From: Nitrospirota bacterium
Lineage (GTDB): Bacteria; Nitrospirota; Leptospirillia; Leptospirillales; Leptospirillaceae
Assembly (NCBI GenBank): GCA_021806225.1
Contig: JAJZXW010000041.1
Location: forward strand, 21,355 to 85,354
Reading direction: 5' to 3'
DNA length: 64,000 nt
The position numbers and the translations under genes were made by a program. Position 1 is the stretch's first letter. Every line of letters starts with the position of its first letter. The notes beneath the pieces are model-generated. The model searched no databases. It worked only from the letters and a program-made list of their open reading frames with translations, and was not told the DNA's origin. Positions 36,445 through 45,430 of this stretch are shown here, piece by piece.

Positions 36445-39400
36445 TCAATTCTTCCTTTCTCCCTCACGCCTTCTCCGCTCCTCCTCCAGAATGGCCTCTG
36501 CCAACTGATCAGAAACTTTTTTCAAGGGAGCGAGGTCTGATTCCAGCGGACTCAGCCCATTCCCCCGAATTCTCCGAACTCCTGCCGCCAAAGTTTTGTG
36601 ATAGCGGGAGTGAAGCCGGGCGATCTTCCCTTCGGGAGCCAGCCCAAAATTTTGCATGATTTCCCGGACAGGACAATTCACAACGTCATCCAGTGTCGTC
36701 GGATCAAAAACGGCCAGGTTCTGAAGCAGATATTCCAATTGCAACCCATGAGTCCGGACCAGCAGGGCATAGAGGCCGAGAAGGGATTTCGGCATAAAGC
36801 TCCTTTCGGGGGGAAACTCCCGAAGAAAGAGGACGAGATCGGGAAGACGAATGGGCTTGGAGATCTCATAGCCCTGGAGAAAATCGACTCCCAGCATGCG
36901 CATGGCATCCAGGATCGGGCCGGTTTCCACCCCTTCCACCACAAGGGAAAGCCCCATCCGGTGGGAGAGTTCCATGATTGCCTCGACGAAATGGAGATCC
37001 TTGGGTCGCGCTTCGAGGGTCCGGACGAATGCCTGATCGAGCTTCACCTTGTCGACGGGGAGATCTTTCAGGCGAAGGAGAGACGAATAGGCGCTTCCCA
37101 CATCGTCCATGGCCAACCTGACCCCCAACCCCTTAAGCCGTTTCAGGAGATCGAGAGCCACAACTGTTTCGCCGAACTCCTGTCCCTCGAGAATCTCGAG
37201 CGTGAGGCGGGACGGGTCGATCCGGGAAGCCCCGAGCATCCTCCCGAGGCATTCGAGGCATCCTTCGCTGATGGATCGGGGATCCACATTCACAGAGACC
37301 CAGAGGGACGGGTCCGTCTCGAAAAGCTCCCCAAGATCCGAGAGGGCCCGTTCCAGCACCTGCCGGGAAAGCTCGAAGAGATCGTCGCCCCCATAGTCCT
37401 GAAGAAAGGCGGTCGGGGAGAGGATCGTCCCATCAGAGTTCCGGAGGCGTGCAAGGGCTTCGATCCCCGCGATCCGGCCTGTCCTGCCGTCGAGGATTGG
37501 CTGATAATGGACCTCCACCTTCCGCTCGTAGAGCAGTCTCTGCGCCAGTGTGCGCGCCAGCGGAACCGTCTCTCCATAAATCATCCAGCAGCGGGAACGG
37601 TCATTCTTGTGGGACTTGCTTTCATAGAGAGCCTGATCCGCAAGCCGCATGAGATTTTCCGGATTTTCGGGCGATCCCGTGCCGGGAGAGGACAAGGCCA
37701 CACCGATCGACACTCCCACCGTCACCCCTTCCCCCTTCTCCAGCCTCACGGGAATCCTTGCGGTCCGGTCGATCCTGTCGAGGAGATCCCCAAGCTCCTC
37801 CCGACCCGTGACATTCTCAAGAAGCAAAACAAATTCATCTCCTCCGAGACGCGCCAGGAAGTCTGTCTTTCGAAGAACTCCCAGGATCCTCTCCCCCGTC
37901 AGACGAAGAAGTCGGTCTCCGGCTTCGTGGCCATAGCGGTCGTTGACCGGCTTGAAGCCGTCAAGGTCGAGCATCGCGACGGCGAAGGACCACCCGTACC
38001 GGGCGGAGCGGGCAAGGAGCCTGTCGAACTCAAGATCGAGCCCTCGCCTGTTCGGAAGGCCGGTCAGCCGGTCGTGGCGCGAGTCGAACTCGAGCCGTTG
38101 GGTCAGCTCGATCAGGGAAGTGATGTCCCGCTGGTTTCCGACAAATTCGACGATCCGGCCGGAGGAATTCCGGAGCGGGCTGATGGAAAGGAGATTCCAG
38201 AAGGGTGTCTTGTCCTTCCTGTAGTTCAGGATTTGACCGTGAAAAGGGCGTTCCTCCCGAAGAGCCGTGCGGATTTCCTCGACCGTCGCGGGGTCGCTCC
38301 CCTCCCCCTGAAGGATCCGGCAATTCTGCCCCATCATCTCGTCTGCCGTGTACCCCGTGATCGATGCAAACCCGTCGTTTGCAAAGATCACACGTCCATC
38401 TGGCCCTGTGATCACCACTCCTTCTCCGACGGCTCCTACCGCGCTCGAGAGAAGATTTTGCCGGGAGAGAAGGTCCAGGCGGTCGAGGCCAAGAGAGATA
38501 TTTCGGGCAAGTTCGGTCAGAAGCCCTTCGAGGACGGGGTCGCTGAAGGCTCCCTCCTTCGCATGGCCGACGAAAAGGAGTCCCCAGGGCTTCCCCTTCC
38601 GAAGGATGGGAAGGGCAGCACTCGCGTTGAGGCCGAACTCCCTGAGCCTTCCCGCCCAGAGCGCCCGGGTTCCTGCCGCATCCGGATCGAAGACGGGAGC
38701 GCGTCCCGCAAGGGCCAGAACGAGATGATCCGATATTTCGCGCGCTCCTTGCGGGGTAGAAGAGTGCCCTTCCTCAAGGAAGTCGGCCCGTCCCGAAGAC
38801 GCGATCACATCAATCCCTCCCCGGCCACCCGGACAGAGGATGGCGGCCACCGTTATCTCTCCGTGGGTGACAGCCAGGTCGCAAAGTTTCGAGAGAAGGG
38901 TGGACTCGTCGGATCCTGCCGAAAGCGCCTCTGAGGCATGGGCGAGAAGGGTGTTGTAGGAAGAGAGGAGTCGGAGTCGCTCCGTCTGGGCATGACGGTC
39001 GCCCACGTCATGGACGGTTCCCACGACCACAGAGGGTTCGTCCGGAATCCGGGCCAGGGAGATGTCCACCATGACCGGATGCCCGTTCTTGTCGACCATT
39101 CTCACATCCGGGATCTCGACGCTCTCCCGTCCGGGAAGGAGTCCGTAGGCAAAGCCCACCCGCTCGAATTCCTCCGGGTCTCCATAGAGCATCCGGGTCG
39201 TATGACCGACCATCTCCCCGACCTGGTCGTAGCCCAGCATCTGCCGCATACGGTCGTTGACATAGCGGATCCGGCGCTTTTCGAGAAGCATGATCCCCGC
39301 CCGGGTGTTTTCAAGAAGAACCTTCTCGAGGGTCGCCAACTCCCTTTCCCGTCGAAGGGACTCGAGACGGTCGAGTCCCCGGGAGACGTCCCGTGCCAGC

Positions 39401-42081
39401 TCCGAAAGGACCTCCTGAAGAGCGGGGTCGAAACTGGCGGGCTCTTCGTGATACAGCGCCAGGAGCCCCCAGATCCCACCCTCCCGCACCACCGGAAGGA
39501 CTGCCGCGGTCCGAAGCTTGTGGTGGAGGGCCCTTTCTTTCGACGTCGTTCCAGCAAGCCTTTCGAGAATGTCGACATTGAAAAGAGGGCGACCCGTTCG
39601 CCAGACCTCTCCCACCATCCCATCCCCTGCGGATTGATCCGGATTGACCGAAATCGTCAGATTCTCGAGGAATGCTGTTTCTCCGGCGCTTGCCTCCACC
39701 TTGACGGCACTTCCTTCCACCGGACGCCCGATCCAGGCCAGTCGGAGCTTCCCGAATCGGACCGCCAGGTCACAGATTCCCTGGAGGAGGGACTCCTCCA
39801 TCGTCGCTTCGGCGATCGCCTGATTGACCTGGGCCAGGAGGCTGTTGAAGTCGGCAAGCCGGGAAAGTTCCTGGGCCAGACGATGACGCTCGGAGACGTC
39901 GACGATTGTCCAGACGACTGTATCTGGACCCTCCCCGACGATTTTCTGTCCGGAGAGATCCACATATCCTTCAGAGCCGTTTGCCCGACGGAGGCGCAGG
40001 TCACGGAGACGGGCGCTCCCGGTCGCGAGGGCCTCCTCCGACGCCTCTCCCATTCTCGCAAAGCTGTCGTCTCCCACGAAATAAAGGTCACGGACGCTGT
40101 GCCCCACGATTTCTTCCGGAGACCCGTAACCCAGGATCTCGAGGAAGCCGCGGTTCACCTCGACCACGACCCGGTCGGGATAGCGGACGAGATCGATTCC
40201 GGCCGTGGTGTTGGCGAGAAGGGTCTCCTTGAGGGCCGTGGCCTTCCTTTCTCTTCCAGAGAGGTCAAAACGGTCGAGGGCCAGGGAGAGGTTGTCCGCG
40301 ATCGCCTCGATCAAATGCCGAAGCTCGGGCTCGAAGCTTTCCTCCCTGTCGAGATAGACGGTCAGCACCGCCCAGATCGTTCCGCCGCGATGGACAGGAA
40401 TGGAGGCGCTGGACTGGAAACCGAATCGTCGGGCCTCCGCAACCCAGGGCCCCATGGAAAGATTTTGCGTAAAGGAGGAATTGTAGACCGGAAGGTCCGC
40501 TCTCCAAGCCTGCTCCATCGGACTGAGGCCCTCAGGATGGTCGGGGAGGCTTGAGGCGGCGGCGTGCTCGAGGTATCCATTCTCCCCGGAGGACGCCAAA
40601 ACCTGAAAGATCCCGGCCTCGTCTGGGCGACCGACCCAGGCCAGCCGGATTTCGGGAACATCGATCGAGAGGCGACAGAAGTCCGGAAGAATCTCCTCTT
40701 CCCGGATCTCTCTCGACACCGCCTCCGCAACCCGACCCCGCAGAACGTCGAAGGCGAGAAGGCGCTCGAGCCTCTCGTTTTTTTCCTCGAGTCTTCCTTC
40801 GAGCTCCCGGCGCTCCGTCACATCGAGGCCCAGAAAAACCCGGTAAAGAGGGCGTCCCTCCGCATCCCTAAGGACGGAGAGGCTCCATTCGAAGATCCGG
40901 CGCTTACCGGTCATTCCGGTCCAGCCACATTCGGAGGGAACGGGGGCCTCCCCCCGCGTCAGGGCTTCAAAGAGGCTCCGGACGCCTGAACGGTCCTCTG
41001 CCGGCAAGGAGCGCATCCACTCCCAGGGCTTTCCCCTGACCACCTCCGCCGTCACTCCCAAAAATATTCGCGCTGTCCGGTTGATGCGGAGGGCCTCGCC
41101 ATTCGGATCGAGGACCAGCCCGAGAGCTCCGGCTCCATCGAAGATTGCCTCGTCGAGCTCCGACAGTTCGGCAAGCTGTCTCCCCTGACGTTCCTGACGG
41201 CGAACCAGGGTCCGAATCCCGAAAACGATCAGGACCAGCAGAAACAGTCCCCCCTCCTCGACCATCCAGCGGCGTGACGACGAGCTCATCCACTCGTCCC
41301 TGACCAGGGAGGTCGGCCAATAAGCGGTGACCTCGAAGGGATACCCGGGAACCGGGATCCGAACGATGTTTTTGTCTCCGGGAACGAGAGGGGAGTCGGA
41401 ACGATTCCCCCGGACCAGGAAAAGAATGTCGCCATTCCGGAGATCCCTCAGGGAAAAGCTGAAAGTGCGATGGGCCCTCGGAGGAACCAGATCTGTCACC
41501 CGAAGGAAGGTACGGACTCCGAGGGGGGATTTCCCGGCCGGCGCGGGAAGAAGAATCGCAAGGGGGAGAATTCGCGTTCCGAGACGGGCAGATAGCCGGC
41601 TGCGTCCCACGAGAAACGAGGGGTTTTCTCGAAGGGGAGTGGCGTAGCCGGTTGCGGGAAAGGTGGCCGCGGGGGGAGTCTCGGGGGGGGAGATCCGGGT
41701 TGACCAGAGGATCCGGCCGGTCCGGGGGTTATAGAGCTCGAAGTCGACCAGGGACGGGTGAAGGGCCAGAAAAATCCGGAGTGTCCGCTCCGTAGCCGGC
41801 CCGGGAGGTCGAAGCGGCAGGCGGACTTCCGGGAGGGTGGAAGCCACAAACCCAAGATCGAGAAAGCGCGACGAGATGCGCCGGGAGACCGCTGAGGCGC
41901 GGGTAAGGGCAGCTCTGGCCGCTCGCGCTTCCACCGCATTCCGGTAATCGCTGTACTCCGCCGATTCGAAAAAGGCGATTCCAAGGAGGGCCAGGACGAG
42001 GGTTCCTGCAACCAGAAGGCCAACCGACTTCCCGATCAGAAGATGTTCCAGCAGAAGGCGTGGCTTCAACGTAGTCTTCAT
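36445..42081 (-). CDS. Multidomain c-di-GMP signalling protein: TM, periplasmic domain, TM, 3x(PAS-GAF), LOV-PAS, GGDEF, EAL, C-terminal extension
   Basis: 1878-aa ORF with TM helices at about residues 18-38 and 276-290. GGDEF (LGGDEF with RKTD I-site) spans about residues 1335-1495. EAL (EVHYQPI, GIEALARL, LEILE, DDVGSAYSSL, VVEGVET, QGY) spans about residues 1515-1745. Confidence 0.9.
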   Translation of the reverse strand: MKTTLKPRLLLEHLLIGKSVGLLVAGTLVLALLGIAFFESAEYSDYRNAVEARAARAALTRASAVSRRISSRFLDLGFVASTLPEVRLPLRPPGPATERTLRIFLALHPSLVDFELYNPRTGRILWSTRISPPETPPAATFPATGYATPLRENPSFLVGRSRLSARLGTRILPLAILLPAPAGKSPLGVRTFLRVTDLVPPRAHRTFSFSLRDLRNGDILFLVRGNRSDSPLVPGDKNIVRIPVPGYPFEVTAYWPTSLVRDEWMSSSSRRWMVEEGGLFLLVLIVFGIRTLVRRQERQGRQLAELSELDEAIFDGAGALGLVLDPNGEALRINRTARIFLGVTAEVVRGKPWEWMRSLPAEDRSGVRSLFEALTRGEAPVPSECGWTGMTGKRRIFEWSLSVLRDAEGRPLYRVFLGLDVTERRELEGRLEEKNERLERLLAFDVLRGRVAEAVSREIREEEILPDFCRLSIDVPEIRLAWVGRPDEAGIFQVLASSGENGYLEHAAASSLPDHPEGLSPMEQAWRADLPVYNSSFTQNLSMGPWVAEARRFGFQSSASIPVHRGGTIWAVLTVYLDREESFEPELRHLIEAIADNLSLALDRFDLSGRERKATALKETLLANTTAGIDLVRYPDRVVVEVNRGFLEILGYGSPEEIVGHSVRDLYFVGDDSFARMGEASEEALATGSARLRDLRLRRANGSEGYVDLSGQKIVGEGPDTVVWTIVDVSERHRLAQELSRLADFNSLLAQVNQAIAEATMEESLLQGICDLAVRFGKLRLAWIGRPVEGSAVKVEASAGETAFLENLTISVNPDQSAGDGMVGEVWRTGRPLFNVDILERLAGTTSKERALHHKLRTAAVLPVVREGGIWGLLALYHEEPASFDPALQEVLSELARDVSRGLDRLESLRRERELATLEKVLLENTRAGIMLLEKRRIRYVNDRMRQMLGYDQVGEMVGHTTRMLYGDPEEFERVGFAYGLLPGRESVEIPDVRMVDKNGHPVMVDISLARIPDEPSVVVGTVHDVGDRHAQTERLRLLSSYNTLLAHASEALSAGSDESTLLSKLCDLAVTHGEITVAAILCPGGRGGIDVIASSGRADFLEEGHSSTPQGAREISDHLVLALAGRAPVFDPDAAGTRALWAGRLREFGLNASAALPILRKGKPWGLLFVGHAKEGAFSDPVLEGLLTELARNISLGLDRLDLLSRQNLLSSAVGAVGEGVVITGPDGRVIFANDGFASITGYTADEMMGQNCRILQGEGSDPATVEEIRTALREERPFHGQILNYRKDKTPFWNLLSISPLRNSSGRIVEFVGNQRDITSLIELTQRLEFDSRHDRLTGLPNRRGLDLEFDRLLARSARYGWSFAVAMLDLDGFKPVNDRYGHEAGDRLLRLTGERILGVLRKTDFLARLGGDEFVLLLENVTGREELGDLLDRIDRTARIPVRLEKGEGVTVGVSIGVALSSPGTGSPENPENLMRLADQALYESKSHKNDRSRCWMIYGETVPLARTLAQRLLYERKVEVHYQPILDGRTGRIAGIEALARLRNSDGTILSPTAFLQDYGGDDLFELSRQVLERALSDLGELFETDPSLWVSVNVDPRSISEGCLECLGRMLGASRIDPSRLTLEILEGQEFGETVVALDLLKRLKGLGVRLAMDDVGSAYSSLLRLKDLPVDKVKLDQAFVRTLEARPKDLHFVEAIMELSHRMGLSLVVEGVETGPILDAMRMLGVDFLQGYEISKPIRLPDLVLFLREFPPERSFMPKSLLGLYALLVRTHGLQLEYLLQNLAVFDPTTLDDVVNCPVREIMQNFGLAPEGKIARLHSRYHKTLAAGVRRIRGNGLSPLESDLAPLKKVSDQLAEAILEEERRRREGERKN
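38116..38442 (-). other. LOV-type (flavin-binding) PAS domain within the 1878-aa sensor
   Basis: Residues 1214-1322 carry LOV hallmarks: GQNCRILQGEGSDP (Cys1254, codon 38320-38322), NYRKDKTPFWNLLSISP and FVGNQRDIT. Confidence 0.75.
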
Positions 42082-42103
42082 GGTCTCCCCTCCCGGCCGA
42101 AAC

Positions 42104-43819
42104 TCAGGAGGCCAGCAACGCCTCCAGGTCGATCTCGAAACAGACCGTGGGCATCCGGATACCCCACCTGTCTAGGAATTCCGGATGGATCTCTCCCACC
42201 GTCGCGACCGTCTCGCCGGAATTGTTCACATAGGCCCCGCATCGTCCCGGCAGATAGGGAGCGAGGTCGGCGGCCCGGATGACCAGTGTCCGATCCATCC
42301 GCTCGAACACCATTTCGAGGACCCCCTGGAGCTCGGAAACGCTGGCCTGGGGATGCGAGAGAAGGGAAGCCATGAGCCACAGATCCTTGGTCGGCCGATC
42401 ACCTTCGCCCCCCGATGCGGTCCCAAGCCGCATCGCCTCCCCCACCTCGAAAATCCTGTGGGGATAGGGTGCCCGGCCAGACCTGGCCTCGGCGGCAAGA
42501 AGGCCGGCCAGAAGGGATGGGCGAACGACGGCGAACTGAAGGCTGGCCGGGTTGTCGATCCGGACCACAGCCCCCGCCTCCCGTCCGAGGCGCTCGGTCA
42601 CGAGCGGCTCGCCGGTCAGGATGTTCGAGAGGAGTTCCTGGTATCCCATCGCCATCACCGCCTGTCTGAGGCGGGATTCGATCTTCTGCCGGGGGGCGGG
42701 CCGCCCGCGCGTGAACTCCTTGGGTAGGACCGGCTCGAAGGAGTCGTACCCCTTGGCCACAAGGTAGTCCTCCACCACATCCACAGCCCCGAGAAGATCG
42801 TCGCGCGTGAAGGGCGAGAGGACCTCCCATCCCGATTTCCCGTCCCCGGTCGGGCGGGAGATCTGGGGATAGCCGAAATCCAGGAGTGTCTCCACAAAAT
42901 CGGAAGGATCCTTGTCGGCCCCCAGAACCCGGGCCGGAAGACCGGACGGAACATGAACGACGGTTCCCGGAGAGGCGGGCGCCACCAGGGGAGGAATCCC
43001 CCCTGCCATGAGGGGCTCGACCTCGTACCCCCGGTCGGTCAGATTGGCCGCCAGGATGTTCAGGACCAGGAGGATCCGTCCGGGATCAAAGCCGGTGGCC
43101 TCGACGAAAAGACCATCGTCCTCCGGGGTGACCTCCCCCGAGGACAGGGCGTTGATCACGGGAGGAAAGGACAGGATCGTCTCCCGGGCGTCGAAAAGGA
43201 CCGGCCAGGCCGGGTGCCCCTTTAAAAGCCCCCCGTATGCCCGCCCCTTGGGGTGGGTTTCCACGATCTCCGCCAGGGTCATCGCACGGTCCGCGCCCAG
43301 AGGAACAAACCGGGTTGTCCCGGGATCGCAGGCCCGGTAGGTCAGTGGAAAGACGATCCGGTCCAGAGGGTAGACCCCTATCGCCAAATCGGCGCGCTTT
43401 CTCCCGAAGAGTTCGGACAGGCGCTCCTGAGTTCCGATGATCTGGACGAGCCCTTCAGCTCCGAGACGGCCTCCCCGTGCACAGAATCCCCCCATTAAGG
43501 GACGGACCGTGCCGGTCGAGGGATCGATCCGAATCTCCGGTCCCCCCCCCTTCCTCTTGCGGAGGTCGGCCTTCTCGAGAAATCCATAGGGATGGCCGGG
43601 GCGTGGACGGCCTCCCCGCAGCTGGCGCGCAATTCCTTCCACGCTCCAGAGGTCGGGCCGGTTTGTGTCGTTAAGCTCGATTTTGAAGCGGCCGGTTCCA
43701 GGGTCGAACTGTTTCCACTCCCCTTTCACCGCATCGAGGGTCCGGTCCATCTCGTCCGGGGAAAGCCTCCCGGCCAGAAGCTCCTGAAGATCGTCAAAAT
43801 GTCCTTCCAGTGTCGGCAC
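42104..43819 (-). CDS. pheT: Phenylalanine--tRNA ligase beta subunit, archaeal/eukaryal-type
   Basis: 571 aa, against about 800 aa for the bacterial type. The N-terminus (MPTLEGHFDDLQELL...IELNDTNRPDLWSVEGIARQLRG) matches the archaeal B1/B3-4 layout. No N-terminal tRNA-binding OB domain is present. Confidence 0.85.
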   Translation of the reverse strand: MPTLEGHFDDLQELLAGRLSPDEMDRTLDAVKGEWKQFDPGTGRFKIELNDTNRPDLWSVEGIARQLRGGRPRPGHPYGFLEKADLRKRKGGGPEIRIDPSTGTVRPLMGGFCARGGRLGAEGLVQIIGTQERLSELFGRKRADLAIGVYPLDRIVFPLTYRACDPGTTRFVPLGADRAMTLAEIVETHPKGRAYGGLLKGHPAWPVLFDARETILSFPPVINALSSGEVTPEDDGLFVEATGFDPGRILLVLNILAANLTDRGYEVEPLMAGGIPPLVAPASPGTVVHVPSGLPARVLGADKDPSDFVETLLDFGYPQISRPTGDGKSGWEVLSPFTRDDLLGAVDVVEDYLVAKGYDSFEPVLPKEFTRGRPAPRQKIESRLRQAVMAMGYQELLSNILTGEPLVTERLGREAGAVVRIDNPASLQFAVVRPSLLAGLLAAEARSGRAPYPHRIFEVGEAMRLGTASGGEGDRPTKDLWLMASLLSHPQASVSELQGVLEMVFERMDRTLVIRAADLAPYLPGRCGAYVNNSGETVATVGEIHPEFLDRWGIRMPTVCFEIDLEALLAS

Positions 43820-43860
43820 AATAACCTCTTGTCTTTAGGGTCCCTGGCGCGGATCTCCGC

Positions 43861-45429
43861 TCAGGACGGGCTCCATGCGCGTGAATGCTCCTCCGAGCGG
43901 GCCATGGCTGCGAGGGTCGACAGATCGCCAGTGAACAAGTCCCGGATGTCAGACAGTCCTAGCCGGAACATCGCCATTCGATCGATTCCCATCCCCCAGG
44001 CGATCACCGGAACCGTGACCCCCAGGGGACGCGTCACCTCCGGGCGGAAGAGCCCGGCGCCTCCCAGTTCCATCCAGCCCAGGACCGGATGGTGGGCATG
44101 CAGTTCGACGGAAGGCTCGGTAAACGGAAAGTAGGCCGGCTTGTAGTGCACCCGGTCCACCCCGGCGATTTCCTTCGCCAGAAGTGCCAGCAGTCCCAGC
44201 AGCGTCCTGAAGCTCGCCCCTTCTTCGAGCACGATCCCTTCAGCCTGGAAGAAGTCCACCGCATGGGTTGCGTCGACCTGGTCGTGGCGGAAGCACCGGG
44301 CGATGGCGAAGTACTTCCCGGGAATCTCGGGGAGTCCCGCCAGAGTCCGGGCAGAGAGGGCCGTTCCCTGGCTCCGCATGAGGAGGCGTCTGGACTGGTC
44401 CGGATCGAAGCTCTGCCTCCAGCCCCGAGTCTCTGTCGGCGCCTCCCGGCCTTCATGGGTGCGCGCGACGGCATCGAGAGGCCATCCATCAATGTCGGAG
44501 GTGGTCCGGGGCTCGGACAGAAGGTAGATGTCGTGAATGTTCCGGGCGGGATGGGTCTGGGGAATGAAAAGGGCGTCCATGTTCCAGAATTCCGGCTCGA
44601 CCAGGCTTCCGGTCATTTCGGCGAAGCCGAGCCGAACCAGATGGGAGCGGACTTCGTCGAGGAACTCGCGGTAGGGATGGAGACGTCCGGTCGAGGGACG
44701 CGGGGGAGGCGTCTCGAGGGAGTAGGGCCTGAAGGAGCGCCCCTCCCAGCTTCGGTGCATGAGCATCTCGGGAGTCACCGCCCCCAGAAGGCCCTCGGCG
44801 GAGGCGATTTCCTCCTCCGTGATCCGGCAGCCGGGGTCGAGACGACAGGACTTCGTTGTCCGCTCGTCGAAGCGCAAAAGCCCCTTGCCCTTGCCTCTGC
44901 GTCGCTGGTACAGCTCGAGGAGCTCCTGATCCTCCTTGGAAAGTGCCTCCAAAAGGATGGGAGAGGCCGATCCGGCGATCTCTTCGAGAAGCCTCCGGAG
45001 CCGCCCGATCCCTTCGGGAAGATCCCCCGAGCGGTGGACGAGCCCCCCTTCTCCGATGCGGATCGCCCCGCTTTCCTTGAGGGCGCCGATCGCCTTCGAG
45101 GCGATCGACGGATCAGGGAAAAGCTCCCTCAGATCCTTCATGTCCCGGGGGCCACCGGAAAGGGCCTCCATGATCACCTCTTCGGGAAGTCCCCGGACCC
45201 GGGCCTCCTCCCCTCCTTCGGTGAGGGAGAGAACCGTCTCCAGACGGTCGACCCTTTCATGGAGGATGGACTTGGCCTTGAGCCACTCGACCCCCATCTG
45301 GACCTGGGAGGCTTCGAGACCGGAAAGCCGGGCGATTTCCGGGAGCGAGAGGTAGGCATCAGCTTCCGGAGAGGTGAGGAAGGGACGAAGGATGGCCCTC
45401 TCGAGCGGATGAAGGGCGACGGAAGACAT
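43861..45429 (-). CDS. pheS: Phenylalanine--tRNA ligase alpha subunit, archaeal/eukaryal-type
   Basis: Start reset to the Met of MSSVALHPLERAIL..., 1 nt after the upstream stop, giving 522 aa against about 340 aa for the bacterial type. It has long N-terminal winged-helix repeats and a class II core (FRHDQVDATHAVDFFQAEG, AWGMGIDRMAM). Confidence 0.85.
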   Translation of the reverse strand: MSSVALHPLERAILRPFLTSPEADAYLSLPEIARLSGLEASQVQMGVEWLKAKSILHERVDRLETVLSLTEGGEEARVRGLPEEVIMEALSGGPRDMKDLRELFPDPSIASKAIGALKESGAIRIGEGGLVHRSGDLPEGIGRLRRLLEEIAGSASPILLEALSKEDQELLELYQRRRGKGKGLLRFDERTTKSCRLDPGCRITEEEIASAEGLLGAVTPEMLMHRSWEGRSFRPYSLETPPPRPSTGRLHPYREFLDEVRSHLVRLGFAEMTGSLVEPEFWNMDALFIPQTHPARNIHDIYLLSEPRTTSDIDGWPLDAVARTHEGREAPTETRGWRQSFDPDQSRRLLMRSQGTALSARTLAGLPEIPGKYFAIARCFRHDQVDATHAVDFFQAEGIVLEEGASFRTLLGLLALLAKEIAGVDRVHYKPAYFPFTEPSVELHAHHPVLGWMELGGAGLFRPEVTRPLGVTVPVIAWGMGIDRMAMFRLGLSDIRDLFTGDLSTLAAMARSEEHSRAWSPS

Positions 45430-45430
45430 G

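Noticed and set aside
36598-40554. Two very long plus-strand ORFs (778 aa and 538 aa) that cover most of this interval
   Set aside because: They are antisense to the 1878-aa sensor gene, whose frame shows clear PAS, GAF, LOV, GGDEF and EAL motifs. The plus-strand translations are Arg/Pro/Gly-rich and have no recognisable motifs. These are typical shadow ORFs in GC-rich DNA.
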